64,000 nt of DNA from a plasmid, in the sequence record NZ_AP019754.1; one strand, 5' to 3'. Shown piece after piece: positions 39,355 to 49,545 of this stretch (position 1 is the stretch's first letter; every line of letters begins with the position of its first letter). The notes beneath the pieces were generated by a model. That model saw only the letters and a program-made list of their open reading frames with translations, ran no database searches and was not told the origin of the DNA. A program made the position numbers and the translations under genes.

Positions 39355-41856
39355 TCATTCTCCATTGCCAATGCGGGTTTGATCGTTCGGTTCATTTACG
39401 ACGTGAACGGTAAAATCGGTGTTTTCCCAATGTTCAACGTCAGGCCAGTAAAAGGTAAAGACAACACGGGTTCCTGCGGTTTCGTGCTGTACAGGCAGGT
39501 CCACGTAATAGGTTCCAAGCCCCGATGAGCGCGCCGGGGAGTCAGAAACGGTAGCCCAGTCATCCGTACTCCAGTGCACCAGGGCGTTCGCTTCCGTTTC
39601 CAGCCTCAGTTGCTTCCCGACAGGAAGGGAGGACACGCGGTTGTTAAAGCGCCATATGCGCAAATGCGATCCGGTCTGATTCCTGATATAGCGTTCAACG
39701 CCTTGGGGTGGCATATCGAAGACCGCGCCCTCGCGAAGCGATCGCAGCAGTTTAATATGTTCGGAATGTGCCCAGACAAGCGGCATGGCGCTACCGGAAG
39801 GACGCCCGAAGAACATCGCCTTATCAGGAATATCGGAGCCGTCCCATACCTGTTCCGGTAACAGCCCGCCCGAGCCTGCTGATTTTTCCAGCGTGGCCAG
39901 GAGCGCCTCAGCCGCGTCGTGCCTGCCCGCTGCCAGCTCGTAATGCGCGCGTTCGCCCGCCAGCAGAGGCCAGGGACGCCCCTGGCCGATACCGTCGAAC
40001 GGCGCGCCGTCTGCGTGTTCGCCATAGCCATCACCGGTGTACCGATACCACAATGGCCCCTGAGGTAAATCGACCCGAAGACTGTGGTCAATAGCCTTTA
40101 TCGTATCAAGGATGTGCGGGTCGTCCGCTGCACGCAGGCCGAAACGCACCAGTGCCAGGGCATCCGGGCTCAGCACATCAGCGGTCGGCAGAAGCGCCCG
40201 ATCCGGTGTCTGGTTGCGAATCTCGGTATTGCCGGATGCGCTGACCTCATCCGTTGCGCCCGACGGCGCGATGCGGACATAGTGACCGGAAATGCCAATC
40301 GAGGTGCAAAAATGGGGATCCCCGGCAAAGGTCCATTTTTCAATCTGCTCATTCCAGCAGTCTGCGGTTTCTCGCAGGTGGTTTGCCGCCGCTTCATCTC
40401 CGTCTATCGAAAGCAGATCCGCGGCGGCAAGCAGTGCAGCGATCTCGACCGCCAGGGTAAACGGACTGTAGCCTGAGTCTTCCTCCCAGCGGTCCTCCGC
40501 GGTCGCCGGGCCGTTGGTCAAAATGTAGCAGGCCGCGCGGCGTAGCATAGGCATAAAGCGTTTCTGCGCTTTATTGTCGAGATAGCCGAGTCTGCGCAGC
40601 ATATCCATAAGCAGAAGGGGGAATGCACACTCATCCATCTGGATGCCTGGCCAGTAGGGTTTTCCATCCAGCCACAGGTTCTGTGGCCAGCGCCCGGAGG
40701 GCTCCTGAACACGACGGAGATATTCCAGAATGGCGAGTGCCTGGTCGGCGTCGCCTGCGGCCAGGAAACCCCCTGCCGTTTCGACCAGGTCTCGCGGCCA
40801 GACCAGATGATAGCCGCCAAGATCGTCATCGCCCTTCGAAAATCCCCAGGGTATCGTCAGGCTCGCGACAACGGCGCCGGGACAATCAGCGGCTCTGTGC
40901 GAGGCCAGTACCGCCGTTGAAACCCGGTATGTATTGACGCCGTTTCGCGCTTCTTGATCGAGTGGAATGAGCCTGTCCTGCCACGCTTGCCAGTTGCGAA
41001 TATACCCATCGCGCGCTTTATCAAAGCCCGCGTTAAGACTGGCGGTTGCCGCCGCTGCGGCCTCGGATTCCGTTTGGCCGAAACCAATAGCCAGCGTGGC
41101 TTCACTGCAGGCGCTGGTGAACGCCAGCTCTCCGGCAAGCGCGACATTGCCATCGTCTGCCCGCCGGTATTGGTTCACAAGGCGTCCCTGTTCTTTAAGC
41201 TGCTGCCAGCCGTCTGACATACCGACAAACCCGGCGCTCATTGCCGTCCAGGGGATGTCGCAGACGAGCGCCAGATAGCGGGAGCGGCCGGTGGCGAAAA
41301 GCACTGGCTTATCGTCAAATTCGCCGATCCAGGCGGCGTTCATTTGTCCGGCATTCACCAGATGGGGAGCGAGCAGTGCGGTGACGGTGTAATGCTCAAC
41401 GTTCCCCTTCAACGCGGTGAAACGGACCCGCTGCAGCACACAGTCACGGGCCGGATCAGTAATGATGTCCTTCTCAAGCCTGTAGAGGCCGTCACGCGCC
41501 GTGTTGGTGATGGTGAAGGCCGGAATGCCTGGCGAGTGGGGTCGGGTTTCGGTCAGGCAGTCGCGCTTTTCTTCGGAGAAATAACCTTCAGGCCCCGTGA
41601 TAACGAAGACGCAATCGCGGGTACAGGCGCTGTCAACGCGTGGATAATAGATTTCGTTGAGAACGCCGTGGCTCAAGGTGAACCAGACGCGCGAGTCTGA
41701 TGAAAGGGCCGTGCCGATTCCGCTCTTGGCACTCGATGTCCATCGGGCTTCAATTCCTGGCCTTCCCGGGGCGGCGTCAACGCCTGCGCGTAATGGCGGG
41801 TCGTCATGCTTCATGCACGTTTGCAACGGGACGGCGTCGCTGTCAGCGTTTGACAT
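39355..41856 (-). CDS. glycoside hydrolase family 15 protein (bacterial glucoamylase/glucodextranase/trehalase-like) with N-terminal beta-sandwich and C-terminal extra domain
   Basis: 833 aa. N-terminus IEARWTSSAKSGIGTAL and central (alpha/alpha)6 barrel motifs typical of bacterial GH15 enzymes. It forms a four-gene minus-strand cluster with gnd, zwf and the ROK kinase. Confidence 0.8.
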   Translation of the reverse strand: MSNADSDAVPLQTCMKHDDPPLRAGVDAAPGRPGIEARWTSSAKSGIGTALSSDSRVWFTLSHGVLNEIYYPRVDSACTRDCVFVITGPEGYFSEEKRDCLTETRPHSPGIPAFTITNTARDGLYRLEKDIITDPARDCVLQRVRFTALKGNVEHYTVTALLAPHLVNAGQMNAAWIGEFDDKPVLFATGRSRYLALVCDIPWTAMSAGFVGMSDGWQQLKEQGRLVNQYRRADDGNVALAGELAFTSACSEATLAIGFGQTESEAAAAATASLNAGFDKARDGYIRNWQAWQDRLIPLDQEARNGVNTYRVSTAVLASHRAADCPGAVVASLTIPWGFSKGDDDLGGYHLVWPRDLVETAGGFLAAGDADQALAILEYLRRVQEPSGRWPQNLWLDGKPYWPGIQMDECAFPLLLMDMLRRLGYLDNKAQKRFMPMLRRAACYILTNGPATAEDRWEEDSGYSPFTLAVEIAALLAAADLLSIDGDEAAANHLRETADCWNEQIEKWTFAGDPHFCTSIGISGHYVRIAPSGATDEVSASGNTEIRNQTPDRALLPTADVLSPDALALVRFGLRAADDPHILDTIKAIDHSLRVDLPQGPLWYRYTGDGYGEHADGAPFDGIGQGRPWPLLAGERAHYELAAGRHDAAEALLATLEKSAGSGGLLPEQVWDGSDIPDKAMFFGRPSGSAMPLVWAHSEHIKLLRSLREGAVFDMPPQGVERYIRNQTGSHLRIWRFNNRVSSLPVGKQLRLETEANALVHWSTDDWATVSDSPARSSGLGTYYVDLPVQHETAGTRVVFTFYWPDVEHWENTDFTVHVVNEPNDQTRIGNGE

Positions 41857-42321
41857 TTTTAGGATACCTTGGCGGTCTGCGTAAAAAATCTAGACGACGA
41901 CGTTGCGGAGTAAATCCTGGCTTCATGCGGCGGCTTTTCTGTCCCGGGGCAACCCGGTTCACCTTGCGCCTGAGCAATGTAGAACCAAACTCCAAGATTT
42001 ATATAGCGCTGATAGTGTGTTGAATCAACCATCCCTATCAGCGCAGCAACACCGAAAATTATTCACGACAAGACGACTTTTCGCCGCTCACCTTCATCCG
42101 CACATGAACGTCTTTCTCACTGACTCATTAACCGCCGCGACCCGCTCCCCTTCATCGCGCGGACACTAAACCCGCGCCCCATCTCTGGGTAGCCAGGGCG
42201 ACGATGCGCCTTGCTTCAGACGAACCCGACTGATGCCCGGCAGCGCAAGAACGTGCGTCCTGATAGCACCGCTCTCCCGTCTGGATTTTCAGCTAACCGC
42301 ATGAAATCACATCATTTAAAG

Positions 42322-42355
42322 GGCTTTGCCCGACTACGTCGGGCGTACGGCGCTG
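42322..42355. repeat. second copy of the REP-like palindromic repeat (GGCTTTGCCCGACTACGTCGGGCGTACGGCGCTG)
   Basis: See 17673-17706. Confidence 0.5.
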
Positions 42356-42634
42356 AGCCGCATCTTTGCACTTATCGCTGTAGTCCTGGTCAGGCTAAAG
42401 GTCTGGCTCAACGATCGCTTTGTGCCCGTAGCGGACGTGATAGCAGGGTAGGTCAGATATCTAATGTACAAGGCCCGATCGGGCAAGGCAGCGTGAGATA
42501 CCCTGTGGCCAGCTACGTTGAGCCTGGCAGGTAAATCGACAGTGCGCCCCTGCGTAATGTCTTTTTTTGCAATGTCTAAAAGCAGAAAACTTACATCGTG
42601 TTACGACATAAACCCCATCGCTAAAGGTGACTGT

Positions 42635-43018
42635 ATGTCACAGCCGAAAATGACAGATGCTGATTACATCTTGCTGGCCAACTTCCGCACGGAACTACGC
42701 AGATTTATTGCCTTTAGTGATAGTCAGGCACGCAATGTGAGATTGACACCACAGCAACATCAGGCGCCACTGACTATTTGGGTAGCGCGAGAAGCAACGG
42801 CAACGGTGGTTAGGTTGCAGAGCGGCTGATTTTAAAACCGCACGGCGCGTCTGGGCTGATTAGCCGCCTGCAGGACGCCGGGCTCATCACTCGTCAGGCC
42901 GATGAATCGATTGACGCCTCAGGCGGAAGCCTTGCTTGAGGCGCGCGCTGGCGCATATCGACGTGCGCAAAACGCGAAAACCTTTGCAGGTAGATCTGGT
43001 CGATGAGCTTGATGGCTG
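42635..43018 (+). pseudogene. MarR-family transcriptional regulator gene with at least two frameshifts
   Basis: Frame 1: MSQPKMTDADYILLANFRTELRRFIAFSDSQARNVRLTPQQHQAPLTIW..., then a stop. Frame 2 continues ...KPHGASGLISRLQDAGLITRQADESID (the MarR wing/recognition region). A third frame holds the remainder. The RBS is AAAGGTGA. Confidence 0.6.
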
Positions 43019-43043
43019 ACAGCGCTGGAGCTGTCCGCCGCGG

Positions 43044-43835
43044 TTAGCGTAAACAATCGATATATTTTTGCGCCGACTGCTTCACCACACTGCTGGCATC
43101 GGCAATAATATCGCGCCCTTCAAATGCGCTGTAAAGTTTCCTGAAATCATAGGGTTGAAGTCGATTGACGATCGCAGTGATTGTCGCGGCGGGTAAAGGA
43201 AGCATATTGGGATAACTCCACATAAAAGAGACTGCGTTTGACCCTGCGCTAACCTGCACGATATCACCAGACAGCACGATGCCATCCTCCTTTGCCCAGT
43301 GCAGCACGGTTCCACCTTCAAAGTGTCCTCCCAGACGTAACAGTGTCACATCAGGCATGAGGGTTTTTGCCTCACCTTCCCACAACCGCAGATAGGGGCT
43401 GTCACGCATAATCCACTCGCTGTCACTGGCGTGCAGGTAAATCGGGGCATCAAAGACCGCTGCCCAGTCTTGCATGGTGCTGTAGTAATGAGGATGAGAA
43501 ACCGCAATCGCGCTGATGCCGCCCAGGGCACGAACGATGTCAATCGTGGCATCGTCAAGATCAGGAATGCAGTCCCAAAGTACGTTGCCCTGCGCGCCCT
43601 TTACAAGAAAGGCCCGCTGGCCAATAGCAAATTCAGGAACCGTTTGCAGGCTGAATAATCCCTTTTCCAGCTGAGACCATTTATTACTATGGGCCGCATG
43701 CAACGCCTCAGGTGAAATCCACTGTTGTCCTGTTGGCGGGACATACTGACGTTCGTCCTCACAGATTTTACAGCGATCAATGTGAACATCCTGCTGTTGA
43801 TATGACGTGCCGCACGTGAGGCAAATTTTGATCAT
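43044..43835 (-). CDS. MBL-fold metallo-hydrolase with N-terminal Cys4 zinc-ribbon
   Basis: 263 aa. CLTCGTSY...CKICEDE, then the metallo-beta-lactamase motif region (AVSHPHYYSTM). Confidence 0.7.
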   Translation of the reverse strand: MIKICLTCGTSYQQQDVHIDRCKICEDERQYVPPTGQQWISPEALHAAHSNKWSQLEKGLFSLQTVPEFAIGQRAFLVKGAQGNVLWDCIPDLDDATIDIVRALGGISAIAVSHPHYYSTMQDWAAVFDAPIYLHASDSEWIMRDSPYLRLWEGEAKTLMPDVTLLRLGGHFEGGTVLHWAKEDGIVLSGDIVQVSAGSNAVSFMWSYPNMLPLPAATITAIVNRLQPYDFRKLYSAFEGRDIIADASSVVKQSAQKYIDCLR

Positions 43836-43923
43836 CCTGCGCTCTCCCTTAACCCTTTCAGATTAATTTTAGAGCCTGTATCAGGTGCAGGTTTCAATTT
43901 GTGCCATAGGGCGTGAAGGACAA

Positions 43924-44424
43924 TTAATGGCTGTAGACCAAAAAGTGGACGTTGTTGATGTAAAACTGCGCCACCTGGGTCATGCCAAGACGCTCGTGCG
44001 CCTGAATTGATCGACGATTGTCAGCCTGGATAAACAGCACCGGGGCCTTAGTACCGTAGTGACTGCGCAGTTCATCGTACAGACGCAGCAGCAGGCCCTG
44101 ACCGCGGGCCCGGGTGCTGATGCAGGCCGGGCCATAAATCCAGCACTGCTTCCCGGGCGGCCAGGCGCGCAACATGGCGTTCACCACCTCCGGGCCTTGC
44201 CGGAATGATGAGGTGCTAAATAACACGCCGGCAATCCCTGCCGCACACTGCGCGACTGCCACTATGGCGCCAGGGTGATTCAGCATGCCGGCAACTTTTT
44301 CGGCGGGGAAATCGCCATTCAGCGCGCCGCCATTGCCCGCTGCGTTTTCCTGAAGCAGTGCCGTGATGCCTGCCAGGTCATGCGTCGTTGCTTGCCGGAC
44401 GAGATAGTTATCCGGGGTAGGCAT
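43924..44424 (-). CDS. GNAT-family N-acetyltransferase
   Basis: 166 aa with acetyl-CoA binding motif A-like RGQGLLLRLYDEL. Confidence 0.7.
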   Translation of the reverse strand: MPTPDNYLVRQATTHDLAGITALLQENAAGNGGALNGDFPAEKVAGMLNHPGAIVAVAQCAAGIAGVLFSTSSFRQGPEVVNAMLRAWPPGKQCWIYGPACISTRARGQGLLLRLYDELRSHYGTKAPVLFIQADNRRSIQAHERLGMTQVAQFYINNVHFLVYSH

Positions 44425-44463
44425 AATGCGATACTCCCTTAAAGATGATGCCGCCGTCCGGTT

Positions 44464-44697
44464 TTACGGGGTATTGCGGCGGTACAATGCCCACTCATCT
44501 ATGCGCTCTCCCGAAGGCAAGGTACAGTATCCCTCTTCGCCAGCCGCTGTTTTCACGCTGTCAATTTTGCCGCCGACAGCAAGGCAATGTTGGGATGCAG
44601 GATTAGCCAGCTGTGATGTCGATGTTTCACGCGGTGAGGGTGAGGACAGACAGCCAGAGAGCAGCAGAGAGAGTAAAATCGGTAAAAAGGTTCTCAT
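44464..44697 (-). CDS. DUF333-family small lipoprotein
   Basis: 77 aa with a signal peptide and lipobox LLSGC. It carries the conserved NPASQHCLAVGG...GYCTLPSGERIDEWALYR pattern of the DUF333/putative-hemolysin family. Confidence 0.65.
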   Translation of the reverse strand: MRTFLPILLSLLLSGCLSSPSPRETSTSQLANPASQHCLAVGGKIDSVKTAAGEEGYCTLPSGERIDEWALYRRNTP

Positions 44698-44781
44698 ATA
44701 ACCTGCTTGTTGTTGAAGAGCGCATTCACATGCTATCCGGATTTATCGGGTAAATCATTATAGCCACTCAAAAGGAGAAGG

Positions 44782-45357
44782 ATGATGTCTGACAAACCGT
44801 TAAAAATCGTCACGCTGCTGGGAAGCCTGAGGCAAGGCTCGTACAACGCAATGATCGCACGTGCACTCCCACAGCTGGCGCCAGAGGGGATGACCATAGA
44901 TGCACTGCCATCCATTCGGGATATTCCACTGTACGATGCGGATCTTCAGCAAGAAGAGGGATTCCCCGCCACGGTTGACACGCTGGCTGCACGTATTCGC
45001 GAGGCTGATGGCGTCATTATCGTCACACCCGAATATAACTACTCCGTGCCTGGCGGTTTAAAGAATGCCATTGACTGGTTATCTCGCGTACCGAATCAAC
45101 CCTTGGCGGGTAAACCGGTGGCGATTCAAACCAGTTCCATGGGCGCTATTGGTGGAGCACGTTGTCAGTATCACCTGCGTCAGATTCTGGTATTTCTCGA
45201 TGCCATGGTGCTGAACAAGCCGGAATTTATGGGTGGGGCGATCCAGAATAAAGTCGATGAGCAGGCCGGGAAGGTGATTGAGCAGGGCACGCTGGAACAT
45301 CTGGCAAAACAGTTAGCCGCGTTCAGTGATTTTATTCGCAGGGTAAGCGAGGGGTGA
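44782..45357 (+). CDS. NAD(P)H-dependent FMN reductase (ChrR/YieF-like)
   Basis: 191 aa. IVTLLGSLRQGSYN, VIIVTPEYNYSVPGGLKNAIDWLS. Flavodoxin-like fold typical of the ChrR/SsuE family. Confidence 0.8.
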   Translation: MMSDKPLKIVTLLGSLRQGSYNAMIARALPQLAPEGMTIDALPSIRDIPLYDADLQQEEGFPATVDTLAARIREADGVIIVTPEYNYSVPGGLKNAIDWLSRVPNQPLAGKPVAIQTSSMGAIGGARCQYHLRQILVFLDAMVLNKPEFMGGAIQNKVDEQAGKVIEQGTLEHLAKQLAAFSDFIRRVSEG

Positions 45358-45376
45358 TTTAAGTTAATCCTCTGAG

Positions 45377-45408
45377 AAGAACCACGCTCTGCAAAAAGCG
45401 TGGTTCTT
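45377..45408. terminator. hairpin between convergent chrR-like (+) and fliC (-) genes
   Basis: AAGAACCACGCT-N8-AGCGTGGTTCTT, a 12-bp perfect stem. There is no clear T-tract on either side. Confidence 0.45.
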
Positions 45409-45418
45409 AAATTGTCGA

Positions 45419-46354
45419 TTAACGAAGTAAAGACAGCATAGTCTGAGGTACCTGATTGGCCTGGGCCAGTACCGACGATCCCGCCTGTTGCAGAATCTGC
45501 GCGCGTGACATGTTCGACACTTCCGTCGCATAGTCCGCATCCTGGATACGGCTTCGTGCTGCAGTCAGGTTAGTCACGGTGTTATTCAGGTTACTGATTG
45601 TAGACTCAAAGCGGTTCTGAGATGCACCCAGCAGGCTGCGCTGACTGTCGACGGCCTTGATGGCTTTATCGATATCCGCCAGTGGGGTGCTGCCTGATGC
45701 GGTGCCACCACTACCGCCGGTTACGGCACCCTTCAGCACGTCAAAACCAATAGCCGCAGTGCTACGGGCGGTTCCGTTAACTGTCTGGCCAGTGGTCACG
45801 CTGGTATTCTGCACGGTGCCTGACGAGGCGTTACCGGCCGCAGCAAGATCGAAGCTGTCACTGGAACTCAGGGTGATACCGATAGTCTGGCCATCCTGTG
45901 CACCGACCTGGAAATTGTAAGTGCTGCTACCCGATCCCGTGTTGAGGACTTTCAGACCGTTGAAATCTGTCTGCTTGGTATCGCGGTCAATCTCCTGCAT
46001 ACGCTGGTTAACTTCAGCCTGGATTGAGTCAATATCGGATGCTGAGTTGGAGCTGTTCTGAGCCTGAACAGTCAGGTCACGGACGCGCTGCAGGTTGTTG
46101 TTTATTTCATCCAGTGCACCTTCAGCCGTCTGAGACAATGAAATACCGTCGTTGGCGTTACGTGCGGCAACCGTCAGGCCGTCAATATTTGATGTGAAAC
46201 GGTTAGCAATCGCTTCACCGGCCGCGTCATCTTTGGCGCTGTTGATACGCAGGCCTGATGACAGGCGCTCGATAGCCGTACCCAATGATGACTGTGACTT
46301 ATTCAGGTTGTTTTGAGTAATTAACGACAGAACGTTTGTGTTGATCACTGACAT
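45419..46354 (-). CDS. fliC: flagellin (short, 311 aa)
   Basis: Conserved N-terminal D0/D1 ([46 protein letters not shown]) and C-terminal (...[14 protein letters not shown]) segments with a very short variable region. Confidence 0.9.
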   Translation of the reverse strand: MSVINTNVLSLITQNNLNKSQSSLGTAIERLSSGLRINSAKDDAAGEAIANRFTSNIDGLTVAARNANDGISLSQTAEGALDEINNNLQRVRDLTVQAQNSSNSASDIDSIQAEVNQRMQEIDRDTKQTDFNGLKVLNTGSGSSTYNFQVGAQDGQTIGITLSSSDSFDLAAAGNASSGTVQNTSVTTGQTVNGTARSTAAIGFDVLKGAVTGGSGGTASGSTPLADIDKAIKAVDSQRSLLGASQNRFESTISNLNNTVTNLTAARSRIQDADYATEVSNMSRAQILQQAGSSVLAQANQVPQTMLSLLR

Positions 46355-46397
46355 GGTAAATTCCTTCTTATAGAAACGTATTATTTACGCATTATTA

Positions 46398-46424
46398 TTA
46401 TCGAGCTGACCACGCCAAACTTTA
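46398..46424 (-). promoter_or_regulatory. sigma-28 (FliA) promoter of fliC
   Basis: The minus strand reads TAAAGTTT-N11-CTCGATAA. It lies about 45 nt upstream of the fliC ATG. Confidence 0.65.
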
Positions 46425-47037
46425 ATGAAAAGACGCCAGTTAAGATTAATTAGTGAATGGTTTTTTTTACAGGGCGGTGAAGTTGTAAATACAGAAACAA
46501 CTCAGAAAAAAGTTATTATAAGCACACACAAACCTCAATCAGAAGAATAACTTTTTAAAGGTTAAAAACCTTTTGTTACAGCATTGCTCATCAAAAAGCA
46601 CAGATGATTAAATATTTACATTATTAGCCGCATGGTATGATGAGTCATGTTTTTTTGTAACACAGCCTCTCATTAAGGAAATTACATTAACTCTCCCTAA
46701 TTAAAAAGTAAGATATATCATTATCCGGCATTACGATGATAATAATTATTTTTTTACATTTTCCCACAAGAAAGACAGACGTCCGTAATCAAGAAAATTG
46801 CTGGCAGCGTTAAAACCAGTTTGTCATGAAAAACGACGGGAGTTCAGCCTTGGCTCTCATGTCCAGAGACATCGGTTAGCGGACGGGTAATAATGTTGAA
46901 CGGATTTCTCGTGTTCAGCTTAAGCAGAGAAGGGACGAACGGGGAACCGGTCTGGGAAAGGACAACATCAAACGGCGGCGCGCTGATGGCAAGGTGTACC
47001 ATCAGCGCGGAAGATAAAAATTTCGGCTAAACCAGAA

Positions 47038-48432
47038 TTACATTTTTGCGAACTGTGCAGAGAGGTAATCCCCCGTCTGCGTCATTGAAGACACCAGCGT
47101 ACTCAGATTGGTGAACTCCGTTTTATACTGCGCCATGACCGCGGTGATCTGATCATTAACGTTGTTATATTGATCAGACAACTGTTTTAGCGAGGTATTA
47201 ATCCCTGTCGTCGCGTTTGATACCGTGCCGTTGCTGGCTAACATATCATTGAGTCTGTTGGTCACCTGCGTCGCGAACCCCGTAGTTTTGCCATCACCGG
47301 TCAGAAAACTTAAAACATCTGCAGGCTGATTGGTTAAGGCGGCATTCAGCTTGGTGCTGTCTACCGTCAGGTCACCTTTATCGTCCTGGGTAATGCCGAG
47401 TTGTGAGAGTACCTGAATGCTTCCGCTACCCTGAGGATCGGAAAACTGGCTGCGCAGGCTGGTCTGGATATTCATTAACGTATTATCCCCCAGCAGATCG
47501 CCATTATCGGTACTTGGCGCCTGGCCTTCCTGCACGGGTGTATAATTTGTCTGATCTGCAATGGTTTTTTGCAGGGAATTATAGGCATCAACGTACGTCT
47601 GAATCGCCGTCGCCATAGGCGTGGTATCCGTGGCGATAGATAAGGTTTCAGGGGAACCGCTGTTAACTTTATTCAGATTCAGTGTGACCCCTTCAGGGGC
47701 ATCGGTGACGATGTTGCTGCTGCGCGTGATAGCCAAACCGTTTATCTTCAACTGAGCATCCTGAGCAGCAACCTGCTGTGTCATGCCGTTATTACTGCCG
47801 CCACTGCTGTAACTGATATACTGTGACAGCGTCGAGTCATTGGTGCTGACGGTCATCGCATTCGCGGTACCGCTATCACGTGCGGTCAGGGACAAATAGT
47901 AGGTGTTATCGTTTGCCATAATCACGCTGGCATTAACACTACCTTGCTGCTTGTTAATTGCATCACGGATATCTGTCAGGCTGGTCTGATCCTGGTTTAA
48001 GGTCACGGTCAGCGGCGATTTCTGCCCAGACTGGCTGATGGTAATCGTACGTGATGCCATGCTGCTGTCACCGAGATCGGTACTTTCGCTGCTGGCGGAC
48101 TTAGAAAGCAGAGACTGCGCGGCGGCGAGCTGATCGACCTCAACGGAATAGTTTCCGGCTGCGGCACCGCTGGCAAGCGTGGCAGTAAAGGCGGTATTTG
48201 AGCTGGTGACTTTGGTTGTGGCAATGCTCGAGGCATTTTCCAGCGCAGAGGCGGCCGTTTGCAATTTCGACATTGAACTCTGAACCACGCCCCAGGCCGT
48301 CAGCTGCGCATTATAAGACGCCTGCTGATTAGTAATCGGTGTCAGTTGCGCCTGCTCAGCTGACTGTAAATTATCATATAACGTGTTGAGGTCGAGGTTA
48401 GTACCAGCGCCAAGTGTGCTTATGCTTGCCAT
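47038..48432 (-). CDS. fliD: flagellar filament capping protein (hook-associated protein 2)
   Basis: 464 aa from the ATG at 48432 (MASISTLGAGTNLDLNTLYDNLQSAEQAQLTPI...). FliD N- and C-terminal coiled-coil regions are present. A GTG 8 codons upstream is also possible. Confidence 0.85.
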   Translation of the reverse strand: MASISTLGAGTNLDLNTLYDNLQSAEQAQLTPITNQQASYNAQLTAWGVVQSSMSKLQTAASALENASSIATTKVTSSNTAFTATLASGAAAGNYSVEVDQLAAAQSLLSKSASSESTDLGDSSMASRTITISQSGQKSPLTVTLNQDQTSLTDIRDAINKQQGSVNASVIMANDNTYYLSLTARDSGTANAMTVSTNDSTLSQYISYSSGGSNNGMTQQVAAQDAQLKINGLAITRSSNIVTDAPEGVTLNLNKVNSGSPETLSIATDTTPMATAIQTYVDAYNSLQKTIADQTNYTPVQEGQAPSTDNGDLLGDNTLMNIQTSLRSQFSDPQGSGSIQVLSQLGITQDDKGDLTVDSTKLNAALTNQPADVLSFLTGDGKTTGFATQVTNRLNDMLASNGTVSNATTGINTSLKQLSDQYNNVNDQITAVMAQYKTEFTNLSTLVSSMTQTGDYLSAQFAKM

Positions 48433-49077
48433 ATTCTTGTCCTGATGAAGTGACACCAGAATTAAAAATACAATGCATTAATCAGGGGTTTTTCTGATTT
48501 TAAATGTTGTTGCAAATCGGTTTATTGTCATTACTTAACTATCAATTTTCTGTTAAGGAGGTAAAAAATTGTTAACGCAATAACAATTTGAAATTCTTCC
48601 GGGGCGGTTAATTTGGCTTTTGAATAATATACATCGGTGCCGTCTGCAAACACATCAGCGATTAATCAGTCATTTAGCCAGCATCCTCTACCTTAAGCCA
48701 AATTCATTTTTCCTAATCATCATAGCTCAGTTATTCACTCTGCTTATCCTGTTTTAACGACGATCGACGACAAATTGATGCAAAAAACGGAAAAATACTT
48801 AATGCAAATTATGCAGTGTCCTGAAAATATCCGTCGCTAATCAATGCGTTTACAACCGGGCCAGAAAGGTGGATGACTGCTTTTTATTGCGTATTCTTCC
48901 CTGTTTTCGGTAAAAAATATTTTCGCTGCGCGTTAAGTTTACGATTGTTACATCCATTTACGGCAGCGATCGAAACGTTAACAAAGGTGCACGCTGAAGC
49001 ACATACCGCAGAGCGGAGCCCAACCCGATGTCAGGGGCGCAGGGCTACGTGAAGAGGTGCATGTTGATCCGTCGGCC

Positions 49078-49545
49078 TTATGCCTGTCGGGAAAAGCGTG
49101 CATCAAAAAGGAAGGGGATATTTACCGCCTGTCTGACGATCGCACTGAATTCAGGATGCTCCGGATTGAGAAGATAATTCGATTCCACGGGCGAAAGGGC
49201 ACTGGGCACGCGCAGTGCGACCGATCCCCCGCTTTGTATCCAGGCATCACCAAATAAACGCAGCGCTGCAGGCGCTTCCGGTGCGGCCCAGTCGTCAGGC
49301 AGTTGCTTGATATCAATCCATTCAATCAGCCTGTCGGGAACGTCAATGCTCATGAGGGTAAAAAAGTCCAGTACGCTGGCGCTTTGCAGATGGATAAGCG
49401 TCTCCAGCATGGTGAGGGAAGCAGTTTCAGAAGCGTAGACCATCGATACGCCGACGCTGTTCCAGCGTCCGCCGCCTTCACGGGCACCAAAACCGCTCCA
49501 GGCCGACCCCAGATAGCGCGTTTTGGTCATGCGATAGAGCTTCAA
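49078..49545 (-). CDS. RES-domain toxin (NAD+-targeting RES-Xre/ParST/MbcT-type toxin-antitoxin system)
   Basis: 155 aa. The conserved R..E..S context (GGRWNSVGVSMVYASETASLTMLE) is present. It overlaps the upstream antitoxin gene by 4 bp. Confidence 0.75.
   Translation of the reverse strand: MKLYRMTKTRYLGSAWSGFGAREGGGRWNSVGVSMVYASETASLTMLETLIHLQSASVLDFFTLMSIDVPDRLIEWIDIKQLPDDWAAPEAPAALRLFGDAWIQSGGSVALRVPSALSPVESNYLLNPEHPEFSAIVRQAVNIPFLFDARFSRQA

Noticed and set aside
44426-44701. 91-aa plus-strand ORF
   Set aside because: It is completely overlapped on the opposite strand by the DUF333 lipoprotein gene, which has a signal peptide, lipobox and conserved family motifs.
48457-49077. sigma-28 promoter for fliD
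   Set aside because: No convincing TAAAGTTT-N11-GCCGATAA match was found on the minus strand in this AT-rich region. fliD may use a class-2 promoter or a degenerate site.
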